Shown here in pieces: positions 1 through 12,605 of a DNA stretch of 64,000 bases. Origin of the DNA: Sporopachydermia quercuum (Eukaryota); contig BCGN01000009.1 in NCBI GenBank assembly GCA_001599295.1, forward strand, positions 664,413 to 728,412, read 5' to 3'. The stretch's first letter is position 1. Every line of letters begins with the position of its first letter. Below the pieces are notes generated by a model. The model had not been told where the DNA came from. It saw only the letters and a program-made list of their open reading frames with translations, and made no database searches. Made by a program: the position numbers and the translations under genes.

Positions 1-262
1 GCTCCTCCTAGTTCAGTTCCTGAAAGTTCTGCTCCTGCTAGCTCGGCTCCTCCTAGTTCAGTTCCTGGTAGCTCAGCTCCTGCTAGCTCAGCTCCTGTTA
101 GCTCGGCTCCCGCTAGTTCAGTTCCTGAAAGTTCTGCTCCTGTTAGCTCGGCTCCTGTTAGCTCAGCTCCTGTTAGCTCGGCTCCTCCTAGTTCAGTTCC
201 TGCTAGCTCAGCTCCTGTTAGCTCGGCTCCTGCTAGTTCAGTCCCTGCTAGCTCGGCTCCCC
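1..262 (+). repeat. Coding 15-bp tandem repeat (SSAPA/SSVPE pentapeptides)
   Basis: Repeated gctcct(g/c)(c/t)tag(c/t)tc(a/g) units. Confidence 0.95.
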
Positions 263-2556
263 AAATTTCCTTGCCTGCTAGCTCTCATCCTGAATCACCA
301 GCCCCTCAAAGTTCGGTTCCAAGCTCAGCTCCTGAATTTTCACCGCCAATAGCTCCAGTTGTGATTTCATCTTCTGCTCCTCCTCCTTCTAGCTTGGCTC
401 TTTCTAGTTCTGCCCCTGCTGCTCATCCTTCAACTACAATAGCACCACAACTCCCGGAAAGACCTGAGCCTCCTTTTCCTATTTCGAACTCAACCACGCC
501 TCCTTCAAGTGTCTTTGATTCAAGTTCCAGCACACCTATTGCTCCTATTGTTCTCTCGTCAACTGATATTTCCGATTATTTTTCCAGCGGTGTTTCCAAC
601 AGCGAATCTTCTGCTGTTCCTTCTGCTGTTCAGTCCGTTGTGTCAAGCTCACCTGAAGTATNATCTTCCGCGGTTCCAAGCAGACCTGTCAACTCTGCTA
701 GTGGTTCTCCAGGAAGCTTAACAGCACTGAGTGAACTACCAGTTGTTACATCAACGTCAGAATACTATTCTGTCAATTCTGGTACTACTATCACCTACCA
801 AATTACCTATACTTACACTGAAAGCTGTTTTACTAGTTCTAGTTCTAGTACTAGTATTCCTAATGGAGGCACATCTTATGTTACTGATGCTACAACTATT
901 ACCGAAAAGTGTCAACATGGCCCTTGTTCTGAAACACTAGGTTCTACTGTTGATAGTGCTAGTAGTATTATTAGTTCTTCTAATGCAGCTATTATTTCTA
1001 GCTCTAGAACTCCTAGCACCAATCCTAGTACTATTCCTAGCTTTAGTCCTAGTGATGCTCTTCCCAGTAGTGGATCTACAATTCTTCCAAATGTGCCCAG
1101 TTCTTCTGCTTCAAGCACTGAAGAAAGAAGTAGCTCTGCTTCCAGTGTTGTTCCCCCTTCAAGTGCTGTTGCTTCCGGTAGCAGTTCTGATGTTTCCGGT
1201 ACTTCTACTAGTAGTACTTCTAGTGTGCCTATATTCATTCTAGCTTCCACTGTCTCTGCCACTGCCGTTTCCAGTTCTAGTGTTTCTATTCAATCAATTA
1301 TTGATGAGGACGAAGTTGAATACGTTACAGAATATGTTACTGTCACTACAACAATAACCACCAAATGTAAACCAGGCGAATGTGGACATTCTATAAGGAC
1401 AACTACATCAACAGAAACTGAGGCTGAAAGCCAGACTGTTGGCTCTACCATTCTGCCAGTGGAATTGACTTCAGCAAGATCAGCTGTTGTTAGTTCTAGT
1501 AGTATTTCTAGTTCTAGTACTATTCCTATTCCTATTCCTATTCCTGCCAGCTCATTCCCAGGTACCTTAGTCATTAATACTCAACGGTGGAGAAGCAGTA
1601 CTATCACCCCAGAAGAAAGAACATCAACAACGACAGCCGATTGGAGAAACAGTGAGTCGCTATCAACACCTTTAGAAGCAGTAGAAAGTATAAACAGTGT
1701 TGAGACAGAAGAACCGTCCAGATTAATAACAACTGGAAATGAAGAACCTTCCAGCATAATAACAACTGAGAATAGTAGTGGCACAGTTATTTCTACTCCT
1801 ATTCCTGAAGTTCCATCTCCATCTCCTTCGCCACCACCACCATCATCATCATCACCATCATCATCACCATCATCATCACCATCATCATCACCATCATCAT
1901 CACCATCATCATCACCATCACCATCACCAATATTCTCTAGTGATAGTAAGCTTAGCACACCTGATAGTCAGACCAGACACAGCACTCCTGAAGATAAAAC
2001 AGTGCCTTTACCATCTGCTCCAATTGAATCTGAAACAGAAATTCCTTCTGAAGGGCCCCTGGAACCCCTAGAGCCTTCCAATGGTATCACCAGCGATATT
2101 ACTTCTGCTGAAGCTGCACCTGAGCCAACTCAACCTCAACCTCTGCCTGAAGAATCACTATCGACTATTGTCTACACATCCATTCATACATCAGAAACCA
2201 CTGAGTCAATTGCTATTTTAAGCTGTGACGTGGATAGACAAGGAAACACGTTAACCTGTGATTCTTACACTACTTATAGCACTGTTGTCCATGAATCAGA
2301 AACAATCATTACTAGCACTATTACCATATATGCTTCATCACTGCCAACCTTTGCTGCTGAAACAACTCCANAGGCAACTTCAATCCCTGGAACGTCTTCG
2401 ATACCTGAACCAATATTCAATGAAAATATCCCAGACACTACTATAGCTGCTCCACCATCTATCAATACCCTACCTCACTATACTGGATCAGGTGCTAGCA
2501 ATAAGGTGTCAATAATAACAGTGATAATNGGATTGATCGTTTCATTCTTGGTTTAA
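1..2556 (+). CDS. Ser/Thr/Pro-rich GPI-anchored cell-wall adhesin/flocculin-like protein, 5'-truncated by the window
   Basis: Frame 1 is open from base 1 (APPSSVPESSAPASS...), so the TTG at 271 is not the real start. Contains TTITxxCxxxxC motifs typical of flocculin/Hwp-type repeats and a C-terminal GPI signal (YTGSGASNKVS plus hydrophobic tail). Confidence 0.85.
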   Translation, partial: APPSSVPESSAPASSAPPSSVPGSSAPASSAPVSSAPASSVPESSAPVSSAPVSSAPVSSAPPSSVPASSAPVSSAPASSVPASSAPQISLPASSHPESPAPQSSVPSSAPEFSPPIAPVVISSSAPPPSSLALSSSAPAAHPSTTIAPQLPERPEPPFPISNSTTPPSSVFDSSSSTPIAPIVLSSTDISDYFSSGVSNSESSAVPSAVQSVVSSSPEVXSSAVPSRPVNSASGSPGSLTALSELPVVTSTSEYYSVNSGTTITYQITYTYTESCFTSSSSSTSIPNGGTSYVTDATTITEKCQHGPCSETLGSTVDSASSIISSSNAAIISSSRTPSTNPSTIPSFSPSDALPSSGSTILPNVPSSSASSTEERSSSASSVVPPSSAVASGSSSDVSGTSTSSTSSVPIFILASTVSATAVSSSSVSIQSIIDEDEVEYVTEYVTVTTTITTKCKPGECGHSIRTTTSTETEAESQTVGSTILPVELTSARSAVVSSSSISSSSTIPIPIPIPASSFPGTLVINTQRWRSSTITPEERTSTTTADWRNSESLSTPLEAVESINSVETEEPSRLITTGNEEPSSIITTENSSGTVISTPIPEVPSPSPSPPPPSSSSPSSSPSSSPSSSPSSSPSSSPSPSPIFSSDSKLSTPDSQTRHSTPEDKTVPLPSAPIESETEIPSEGPLEPLEPSNGITSDITSAEAAPEPTQPQPLPEESLSTIVYTSIHTSETTESIAILSCDVDRQGNTLTCDSYTTYSTVVHESETIITSTITIYASSLPTFAAETTPXATSIPGTSSIPEPIFNENIPDTTIAAPPSINTLPHYTGSGASNKVSIITVIXGLIVSFLV
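1831..1929 (+). repeat. Coding 12-bp repeat (tcatcatcacca)n encoding (SSSP)n
   Basis: Directly visible CAT/CAC microsatellite. Confidence 0.95.
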
Positions 2557-3760
2557 CAAAAACAACTTAACCTGCATTAGATTTTCATTTACTTTAATTC
2601 AATATTATCATTGTTATTGCATTATTGCATTATCCATTCGTTTACTATTCATCTTTTTTTTTCAATTCTTCTATAGAAAGAGCATTCTCAACTATTTCAT
2701 TCATTTAGTTTTTGGGATAACATGACTGAAAATTATAACATATTTCGATGATAATAAGTAGATTCTAGTAGAAACTAGAGATTTTTTGATAGTAAAATGA
2801 TGATTTACTGTGTTTCTTCAATGATAATTGAAGGATTTCAGTGAGAATTGATACAAACCTGATGAAAAACTGAAAGAAAGTGAGGTTCAGCACAGAGATA
2901 AAGTTTTCGCTAATATATGCAAAGAAAATAAATAAATAATACGCTACTGAGTGATCATAAAGGGTATGAGATTTGAAGCAACCGACAATAGTGGAATAAT
3001 ATGCAGAATAGAATGGTGAATCATGCTAAATTTTGTGAGTGTCAAATATAACTTTCTTGGTAATCTGGCTTTTTTATTATAAATCGATGGCCATTATTTC
3101 AAATGGCAGGAACTGACGGTTTAACGAAGAATTAAAGCTGACAATTAAGTTCAGGGGTGAAATTGAAGTTCAATTCAATTTGGAAGATATTCTTGGACCT
3201 GATTATGTAATCAACAACCGAAGATGCATAACGCTTAAGCGAAAGAACTGAATACGACACTCTAGAAGATTTGATTGTTCAGAAATAAGACAACTATGGA
3301 TATAAAAAGTAGTGTCTATTAGAATGTAAACATAATTTAGATATCTCAATTACTAACTATGATTCTTATTCCCATCTGCCAAGCCGTTTCATTACCTCCT
3401 CCGTCCTCTTCTTCTTCACGAATATGATAACCCTGCATACGCATGCATATTTTTTTCTAATATTCCTATCTCTCTCTGCATTATTATCACATAATACCGC
3501 ATAATACCGCATATTCCTTTCCTAGTTCTCGTCTCCATAGCAACATTGCCCCGTTCAGTAACAATTTCCCTTTCCGTCGTCTCATAAACACTCTCATTCC
3601 ACAAATTCATAACCTTTTTTTGGTCCCATGCTACAAAATCATATCGCATCTCCTTCAGCTTTCTAGCTCCATTGCTATCACACTTATACTTAGTACTATT
3701 ATTCCTTTTACTTTCACCAATTCTTTCAATTGCTGCTTGTTTTCTACATTTTAGAACGCG

Positions 3761-4013
3761 ATAAACAGGTAAAGAAGCTGAAGACAAAGCTGATCACGGT
3801 TTTCTCACGTTTGCACTGCGGAATCAACTTGAGAGCTGATCCACCTGTAGCCACACCTACTGCCATAACTTACACACCATTTATACCATATATATACAAC
3901 ATAATCTGCTATTATCAACGATTTTTTGCTTTAGAATTCAAATCGACTGACAAATTTTGCTCCTGAGGCTTCAAATCAACGGCCTCAAGTAAACAGGCTA
4001 CTGTAAAACGCGT
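3761..4013 (+). promoter_or_regulatory. Putative forkhead sites (ATAAACA 3761, GTAAACA 3989) and MCB (ACGCGT 4008) upstream of IQG1
   Basis: Exact motif matches. IQG1 is a cell-cycle-regulated (CLB2-cluster) gene in S. cerevisiae. Confidence 0.45.
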
Positions 4014-4105
4014 CATAAGTTTCTATCTATTGACCATCAACTAATTGAGGTTATACCTTCTAATTACCTTTAGTCTACAACTCCTGTAGCCTTAGAGCCA
4101 GGAAA

Positions 4106-7100
4106 ATGTCCNTCGAAGCTATTTCGCCTTCTAGAAAGAAGAATCATGAAAGTCTAGTAAGGAGCGATTCTACAGCATCGCCAACCTCGAAACCAACCTC
4201 GAAACCTCAGCCGAATACTCCTACCAGCCCCAGGAAAATTACCGCTAGATATATAGAGAATTTAAGCAAGGACTTCTCTGCTAGTGAGCTAGCATCGCCT
4301 CTTATTTTGACACCATCGCCTTCTAGAAGATTGAATACCAATGGGAAGCTTAACAATATAACCAACAAAAATGCATCTGGAGGTATAATATCAGGATTGG
4401 GTCAATTGAATAGAGACACGAACTTTTCAACTGGCAGTTTGAATAGTAAAACACGTCTGAAGTTCACTTTGCCTGGAGATGATGAAAATGTGATTGAACA
4501 TCAGGAAAGGCAACCAGGGAGTCTCATTGCAAGAGCCAAAAGCAATCAGAGTATCAATAGTATAAAAACTAGATCGACAAGACCCAGTGCTAGTCCTATA
4601 AGCCCTATAACACCTGTAAGTCCTATTAGAAAGAAAAATAGCAACTACAAGGAGAACAATGAGTCTGATACGCCTGAATGGGTTAGAAAGCATCTAGAGA
4701 ACCGAGCAATCTCACCCTTAAAGCCCAAAAGGGATTCAAATAGCACTGGTAGCACTGCTAGTACTGCTCCCACTGCTCCTACTACCTCTAACACTACTCT
4801 TACTACTGTTTCATCACCTTCATCACCTTCCTCCAGCGAAAACATTCACGGTTTGAGCCTCAAAGGAAGAAAAAGGCTTCTGGTCAATAACAACGGCCCA
4901 GAAAACATCCTAGGGACTTATATCGACCAGAAAAGACATGATCTCCAAGCCTATGAATATCTTTGCCGTGTAGGAGAAGCAAAAGAGTGGATAGAATCTT
5001 GCATTAATGAGAAAATCCCGTCGGTAGTTGAACTTGAAGATAGCCTCGGGAACGGGATCATATTAGCTAAACTAACCCGGAAGTTTGCTCCGCATCTGGT
5101 TAAAAAGATATATGACTCCACCAGGCATAAGTATTTCCATTCTGAGAATATCAATTACTTTTTCAGCTTCTTAGACGAGATTGGAATGCCCGATTTGTTC
5201 AGATTTGAGCTAACCGATTTGTATGATAAGAAGAATATCCCCAAGGTTATATTTTGTATCCATGCGTTGAGTTTTATATTAGCTGGAGATGATTTGGCGC
5301 CTGAGATGGGAGATTTGGTGGGGAAGTTGGAGTTTTCTGCGGAGGAGTTGGAGAAGAAGCAGCGGGACTTAGAAGGGCGTAACCAGCCAAAGCTGGATTA
5401 CGGTAAGGCAAGTGGGGCCAGTAGGGCCAGTGAAGCGATTGAGGCCAGTGGGGAACCGGAACTAGAACCACCTTTTGAGTATAATAAACGGGAGACTGTG
5501 GAACCTTGTTCTAACGACAAAGCCTTGTTTTGCTCTTCAACGGAAGACGAAAGTAGCCTCAAATTAGCAGAAAGAACACTTGCCGAAGCCGGCATTAATC
5601 CTCTAACTGCTCAAACCATTCCCACAGTTCTAGACACCTCCACTTGCTTACCATCTTCTCCCAAGATGAATCTCGCTAAAGAACTCCTAGCCGCCACAGA
5701 CTCCATCGTCGCTTTCCAAGGGGTCGCAGCAGGTGCAATCCTTCGTACAGACGTCCGTGTACTGCACCGAATCCTCCAAAAAAATGCTGCGCAGGTCAGC
5801 ATCATCCAAGCCGTTGCCAGAAAAAATGCCGTTACCGCTAGAATCATCTCTATCCGGAATACCCTGTGTGCAGAAATTCCTGCCATTACCAGACTTCAGG
5901 CTTGCTGCAGAAAAGCTCACACACAGAATTCTATTCGCGAAAAGCTGCTAGGGGCCGCAGAAGCTGTGCCAACTGTAGTGCGCTTCCAAGCAGCCGTTCG
6001 TGCTCTCCGTACCAGAAATCGCATTGTCGAGACCACCAGCCAACTAGAACTGCATGGAGCAGCCATCGTAGAGCTCCAGGCTGCCTGGAGAGCGTCCTGG
6101 TACAGGAAAATAAACGCCAGGTCTGTCACGGCCTTCCAGAGCTCCCACGAGCCTCTCACACAGCTTCAAACGGTCATCCGGGGTAACGCTCTCCGCACAC
6201 AGCTTGCAATAGAGAAATCCCGTTTGCAAGAACATTCTGAAATCCTCACAGAGCTTCAAACCATCGTCCGGGGAGGTCTGGCCCGCAACAAGCTCAACTA
6301 TCTCCTCGACTACATAGAATACTTCGAGGGAAACACATACGTCCTGCAGACGATCTGTAGGGGATACCTAACCCGCAGACGATTGGAAGCTTTCCAGAAC
6401 CCCTTAAAGTTCAAGACGGCCATCCGGCGCTCTGCTGTACAGCTCCAGAGCATCGCACGAGGCTCCCTCACCCGGGAGGCCTACTACGGCTTCCTTCACG
6501 AGCTCTCGCAAACAAAACCTTACGTGGAACNGCTCCAGGCTTGTGCCAAGGGTTACCTCGTCCGCCGGCAGAATACAGAGCGCATGCAATGGTTTGTGGC
6601 TCACACAGACCAAATAATCCTCCTCCAGAGCTATTTCCGCCGCAAAACGCAAGGCGATGCCTACAGAATATTCATCTCCCGGGCCAATCCTCCGTTCAAG
6701 ACCGTGAAGCAGTTTGCCCCTTTGCTGGACGACACCCAGATCGACCTTGCCGAGGAACTGAAGCTAGAACAGAAAAGAACCACCGTGAGCGAGAGTATCA
6801 AACGGATAAACCAACTGGAACAGTTCACGGGGGAACTGGACTTGAAAATAGCCCTTCTGAGCCGGAATAGAATCCCATTTGACGAGCTGAAGCTCCTGCA
6901 GTACCAATTGCACAGCGAGAACCAAGCAACCGTTTCGGCTGCAGGAAGAACAGCAGCCAGTGCGGATATCGCCATGGGAGTTCCTATGGCTACCGTGCGG
7001 AACGGCGGCCTGGATATTAATAGTTNAAGCAAGGACACCGTGCGCCGGATAGAGCTTCTGCAAGGGCTTTTCTATATTCTTCAAACGCAGCCAGGATACC

Positions 7101-10100
7101 TTGCCCGGCTCTTTGAACGATTCATGGTCCGCCCGGGGGTCAGTGAGAAAGATTTGCGCGCCCTGGAAAGTGTTGTAATGGAAATATTTGACCGTCCGGG
7201 GGGAGGAAATATCAATATCAGCAGTAGCAGCAGAAGCAGCAATAGTAGCGGCAACAGCAACAGAAATAGAAACAGCAATTATACCCTAATACTGGCCCAG
7301 CTGCCGTTTGAGCAGCGTCGCCAGGAGTTCTTTTTCCTGAACCTGCTTGCCGCATGCATAGACCACGAAATTGCCCATATCAGCAACCAAAACCTTTTTT
7401 CCAGCACCGACATGGTCTGGAAACGTCTGTTCAAGACATTCAACAGCCATGCCAGCAAAAAGAAGACCCTGCGGGCGCTTCTGGGACCAACCATTGCAAT
7501 GGCAAACAGCATTCCAAACCTCGACCTTGAGAGCAACCCTATTGCAATCTATCACCAGCTCCTGCAACAGCAGCATCACCAACAGTACCAGAACATGCCC
7601 GTGATACAGGATATTACGGTAGAGGAAGCAATTCAGCTGCCAGAGGTCCGTGCGAGGTTCGTACTCAATCTCCAAAGGCTTCGGGAACTTGCAACGGAAT
7701 TCCTCAAGGACATTGAAGCCTCCGTGGAGAGAATCCCCTACTATGTGCGCTACGCGGTCAAACGGACGTATCANGCGTCCGTGCGGGAGAATCCCAGCTC
7801 CAGCGAGCGGAGACACGTATCTGCAGCGCTGGGCCTACTGTTCAATCAGTACTTCAGCTTGATTATGCTGAATTGCGAGGAGTACGGCATTGACGTGGTG
7901 GGCGATGCGCCAGAAGATTCATCTGACGGACCGAGCGACAACCTCGCGAGCTCTGTTGCCGATATCGACTATTTGGCGGCGAGAAACCAGCAGAACCTCG
8001 CCGAAATCAATAAAACCCTGTGCCAGATTGCCTCCATGCGGCCTTTCGCAAGCTCCAACGTCTACCTTCAGCCATTGAACGATTTCGTCATGAACTGCAA
8101 CAAGCAGATGAAAACCCTGTTTAAAGCTGTCACCGCCATCGACAGTATTGAAAAAGTATACGATATGAGCATCTACGATGATTTGGTATCTTCTACAAAG
8201 CCAGTGCTATACCTGCGGACTGGTGATGTTATTAGAATGTATAATTGGGTAGACAGGGAACTGGAAGGCATCTGCAACAGCAATAATAGCAGCAATAGCA
8301 GCAATAGCATTGATGGAACCACAACTGTTAACGTTAATGGTAATTCTGCCTCTGCCTCTGCTACTGCTAATCCTAACGACAGTTTATACGAAGTGATGAC
8401 AGCATTGAGAAACATTCCAAACAGCTGTAAGCACTTCTCGGAGTTGGCAAACTACTCGGAGATCAAACTGCAGCTCAACTCGGCTTATTGCCGCATCGAC
8501 GACCCCGAAATGGAGTTCAACACCATCATGATGGAAACCAAACGCTGTTTAGTCTATTTGATGAGAGTAGAACACGAAAGGACCACTGTAGACGAGCTGC
8601 TACTGGGGACTATTGAGGATAAGCATGAAGAGCGGTTTCAAAGGATTGTCGATGCAGAAAGAAACAGAAGTGGGAATTTTAGTGGAAATAGTGGAAATAC
8701 CACTGGGATGGACTATTTATTACGGTATGTTTTGTTTGTTTTAACAGGAAAGAAGGAGAAGGAAGGAAAAGAGAAAGTGAAAGTGAATTGTAATGCTGTA
8801 ACAGCCGAATTCAGCTGGATCACTGGAAATTCTGTTTTGATGTCAAGCACGTTTAGGATTTGTGGTGTGTGGTGTGTGATTTGTGATTATTCTAGTTGCT
8901 TGTTGGTTTGTTTGGTTTGTTTGCTTGCTATTTGCTTGTTTGTTTACCATTTGGTGCAATTCATAAACAATGCAGAATAACAAAGATCGAGCCAAATAAA
9001 TCAATTCAGCGAAACAAATGACGGAATTTATTCTCATTTATTTTCATAAATCCACCAAATGACCTGTAATGCCTTGAACTGCAATTATCATCACAAGCAG
9101 ATTAATTTATGTTTTATATTGTTTTATGTGATGCTACGTTGTTCATCTTTATCTTTATTTTCTTGTTATTGATAGTTGAAGTTAGCGCAATTATTGATAT
9201 TCTATTGCTACATCAATTGACTGCTGCAGAATTCAAACATTGATAGTGAAGGATGTTTGGATGATGTTTTATGATATGGTAGTATGAACGATGATTGATT
9301 GTCTTTACCATGAAATCAGTATAGCTCAGTACGATTAATTGTTATTATGGTGCTTTTGCCGTGGCGAATACGAATAGAAGAGAAGGCTGCTGAGAATAGC
9401 AACATTTTGCTCTCTAGTAGTCGTTGATGAGTTGTTTAATCGTTTATTCGTTTGCCGATTGAACTATCATCAGTTTAACGAAAACCAGTTATTTACACTG
9501 CCAGTGCAGTACCGGAAGGAATAGCTGCCATTGAGTGCTGTATTGTTCACTTATAAGGGAAAATCGATACCAATGATTGGGTTAGTAATCGTGATCGTGT
9601 GCTATGGGTATAGCAGTTATTTGATAAGCTATTATGTTACCGCTATTGTGCTATTCCTATGAGAGTTATTCATATCCTACTATAGTCATTCCTATCGTTC
9701 TATCAATTTTTGCATTCCTAGCACATCTATTCCTTCTATACATCTATTAGGGCAACAATCAACTAGCAGTCAATGCTTTCAACCGCTTCTACTATCTCCT
9801 TCACTCACTCTTCCGTTCTCCTTCATTCGCTTCTTCCGCTCCCTCCTCCTCCTCTACCAAATCCCTTACTAACAACGAGCAGACTATCCTACAGAGAAAT
9901 CAAACAACTAACTATCGAACGAATCCTTCTACTTGAATCCAACAACAAAATCACCCGCAACGACGGATTCCAGCAGCTCATCAACTCAATCGCCTCCGAC
10001 ATCAAAACTAAACACGACAAACGCCTCGCAAGACAGAAACAACTGGAAATTGTGGAGGAAACTATCGAGTCTCTTACCAGGAAAGAAACGTATTTAAGAG

Positions 10101-10573
10101 ACCGCTTGAAAGCTTACAACGAATACATTGAACAAAGCCTCACCGAGCTCCAAAACAAAGCCGTTGATAAAAGAAAGAAGAAACCAGTGTTCCCATTCAC
10201 CCGGCAGTATTTCCATTTAAGAGCTCTACAGAAAGCAGGCAGAGTGCCAAAATTCGGCTCGTTCAAATACTCAGCTAACCAGCTAAGAGATAAAGGTATA
10301 CTGGTGGACGTTACTACGGGGATTGAAGTAAGTGACTATGCATCGTTGAACAAGATGAAGTTTTCCATTGCCAGCGACAAAGTGGGCGAGTTTATTGTCA
10401 ATGCTTATAATGGGTCAGTTTTAATCCCTGGAGGGTGCATGAAGCTTTCCCTGGATGAGCTTTTGAACTGCCAGTATGAGGGGAAAGCCTGGTTTGACTG
10501 TTTTGACGGGCGAGTGAAGTTTGACACCAATGCATTGTTATCGTTTATCTTCCGCAAGTTTTACCGTGATTGA
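4106..10573 (+). CDS. IQG1: IQGAP-related cytokinesis protein; exons 4106-8724 and 9883-10573
   Basis: CH domain (YEYLCRVGEAKEWIE, FELTDLYDKKNIPKVIFCIHALS), IQ repeats, RasGAP-related domain, and RasGAP_C in exon 2 (PKFGSFKYSA, FIFRKFY). Intron GTATGT 8725, TACTAAC 9867, CAG 9882 joins the exons in frame (DYLLR-LSYREIK). Confidence 0.95.
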
Positions 10574-11648
10574 TAGGAATACATTTATGGGTGCAAATAT
10601 GAAGGGTTTCGCTGTTAGTACCCAAAGAATGACAAATGGGAGTATTTAGAAGAGGAGGCTTGTGTGTTTATACTATATGCTATAATGGCATGTAGTGATG
10701 ATACAGTTGTAGATGATGCCACAAGCACAGATAGCTACTGCTTATGTTGATGTTCATATTGAAGCCTTTTCGTGCGATTTGGTATAAATTGTATTGCTAA
10801 GTTCATTAAAAAGATATGAATTTACTAGCAGGTTCCAAATCTACAAATAAACGAGCATCCTAGTATNAAATATGAATTTTTACATATGGAAGAACCATAT
10901 ACTATACGGGAACCGTTATAAATGGCACATCAATGGGATAGAACTATCATAACAAATAGGTATTAGAAGTATGTGACGGTTCCTGATAGAGAGAGAGATG
11001 ACTTAGAGATATAGCATGGGAGTAGAAAGTTTGTTCTGCAATAATAGCAGTTAAAATGGAAGCCAAACTAGTTTTTAAATTCCGACCTTTTGATATAACA
11101 AAAGCAATGATATTCACTCCTTTTGCAAGTTTATGCGTTCATTAGTAGCAGTTAAAATCCAAGCATTTCCGTTATCTAGCACGACTGGAGATGCTCTTTC
11201 TATTTAATATTCTAAATTATCAACTGATGGTAGGTGGTGGTACTACTATCTACTGTTTGCAATCTACACTATGTTATATTTTCTCTATATATCTGAATCA
11301 ATTGTATTCCAATTTCCCTTCACATTCAAATAACTGAATATAACATCATATTATGGCAAGTACCTGATACTGTTAGATATTAAAATGACTAGGAATAGGA
11401 TTGGAGGAAATATCTCTAGAGTATGTATTGCTATCTTTATTATTTACTACATGTATTGTCACGATACTACTACATTTGACAGCATGGCTTGTAGTGTCGA
11501 TAGATAGATATTATCATATTAATAACTGGACGTACGAATACTCCATTAGTAATTGTGGGTATATTCCATTATCATCGCAGATTCATCCTAATAATCGTAG
11601 TTGTATCCCTTCAATATAACAAGGAAGCAAATGCTTTATCCTACCAGT

Positions 11649-11690
11649 TAGCAACTAGCAACTAGCAATTGGAATTGGAATTGGAATTGG
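11649..11690. repeat. Short tandem repeats (tagcaac)x3 and (ggaatt)x3
   Basis: Directly visible. Confidence 0.8.
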
Positions 11691-11957
11691 CAGTTCTTCC
11701 TATTGTCTCTTAGAGTTATCTGACAATGCGTCTTATCTCCTAAGCATCATTTACTATCTTATTCTACTATCTTTTCCGCTTCAGATGGAATTAAATTATA
11801 TTAAATTATATTGATTTTATATCAATTCATAAAGTACGAATTACATCCTGTGGTCATAATATTTTATGTTATCAAATGCAAATAATCTGTTGACTGAAGG
11901 TTCCAGATGATTGGATCGAATCAAGCCTGAGAAAACGATTGGCTCAGCTTTTATTGC

Positions 11958-12605
11958 TTACAACAACAAAACAGCAGCGGCAGCAACGGCAGCAGCTCCA
12001 CCAGCAACAAGAGNGTTTGCTCCACCAGTAGCAGTTGGAACCGGTGGGGTAGAAGTTTCATTGGCAGTAGTAGATGGCTCCTCAGTAGCACTGGTAGCAG
12101 ATGGCTCTTCAGTGGCAGAACTAGAGGCAGACTCTGAAGCATCTCCACCTGATGGCTTGTATTCTTCATAAGCAGAACCACTACTCAAAGTTGGTCTCAA
12201 AGCAAGACCAAGACAGTCTGAACTCTTGCTTTCAGTGTAAAGGTACCAAGTGGAACCATCAGGGCAAGCAACGAAAGAATTAGTACCTAATGAAAGACTG
12301 CCGTCTTCGATACTCCATCCTTCAGCAGCAGCATCAGCGTCNACAACTTTGTATTGGCCATCAACCAAACCAATGTATTTATTTTCTGATGTAACAAGTT
12401 CAAGGGTTGAATCGTCTAAAATCTTAACCGAACCGATTGAAGTGGGTCCATTGATGACAATTGCGTTATCAGAGTCAAAACCCCATGAGGAGTATTGTAA
12501 AGTAGAACCTGATCTGATGTTGACAATGCCGAATTCTTCAGAATCTGCTAAAACTGATGAGACAGTAGCAGCTAAGGCAAGTAAAGTCTTCTTGCTGAAC
12601 ATCAT
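11958..12605 (-). CDS. CWP1: Cwp1-like GPI cell-wall mannoprotein
   Basis: Signal peptide followed by DSEEFGIVNIRSGSTLQY, resembling S. cerevisiae Cwp1 DSEEFGLVSIRSGSDLQY; S/T-rich stalk; GPI tail (GGAN...AAAVLLL). Confidence 0.85.
   Translation of the reverse strand: MMFSKKTLLALAATVSSVLADSEEFGIVNIRSGSTLQYSSWGFDSDNAIVINGPTSIGSVKILDDSTLELVTSENKYIGLVDGQYKVXDADAAAEGWSIEDGSLSLGTNSFVACPDGSTWYLYTESKSSDCLGLALRPTLSSGSAYEEYKPSGGDASESASSSATEEPSATSATEEPSTTANETSTPPVPTATGGANXLVAGGAAAVAAAAVLLL

Noticed and set aside
1581..2071. Poly-His ORF (+) and GDDD-repeat ORF (-)
   Set aside because: Alternative-frame shadows of the (SSSP)n microsatellite in the adhesin.
2798..2873. ATGATGA...CTGA box C/D-like pair
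   Set aside because: No terminal stem or recognisable rRNA guide; such motifs are common in AT-rich DNA.
4427..8415. Many overlapping and antisense ORFs within IQG1
   Set aside because: Expected from the GC-rich, stop-poor sequence; no recognisable motifs.
8725..8980. Hydrophobic Cys-rich 'C-terminus' of the 1624-aa ORF as a membrane anchor
   Set aside because: Read-through into the TG-rich intron. The true C-terminus is exon 2.
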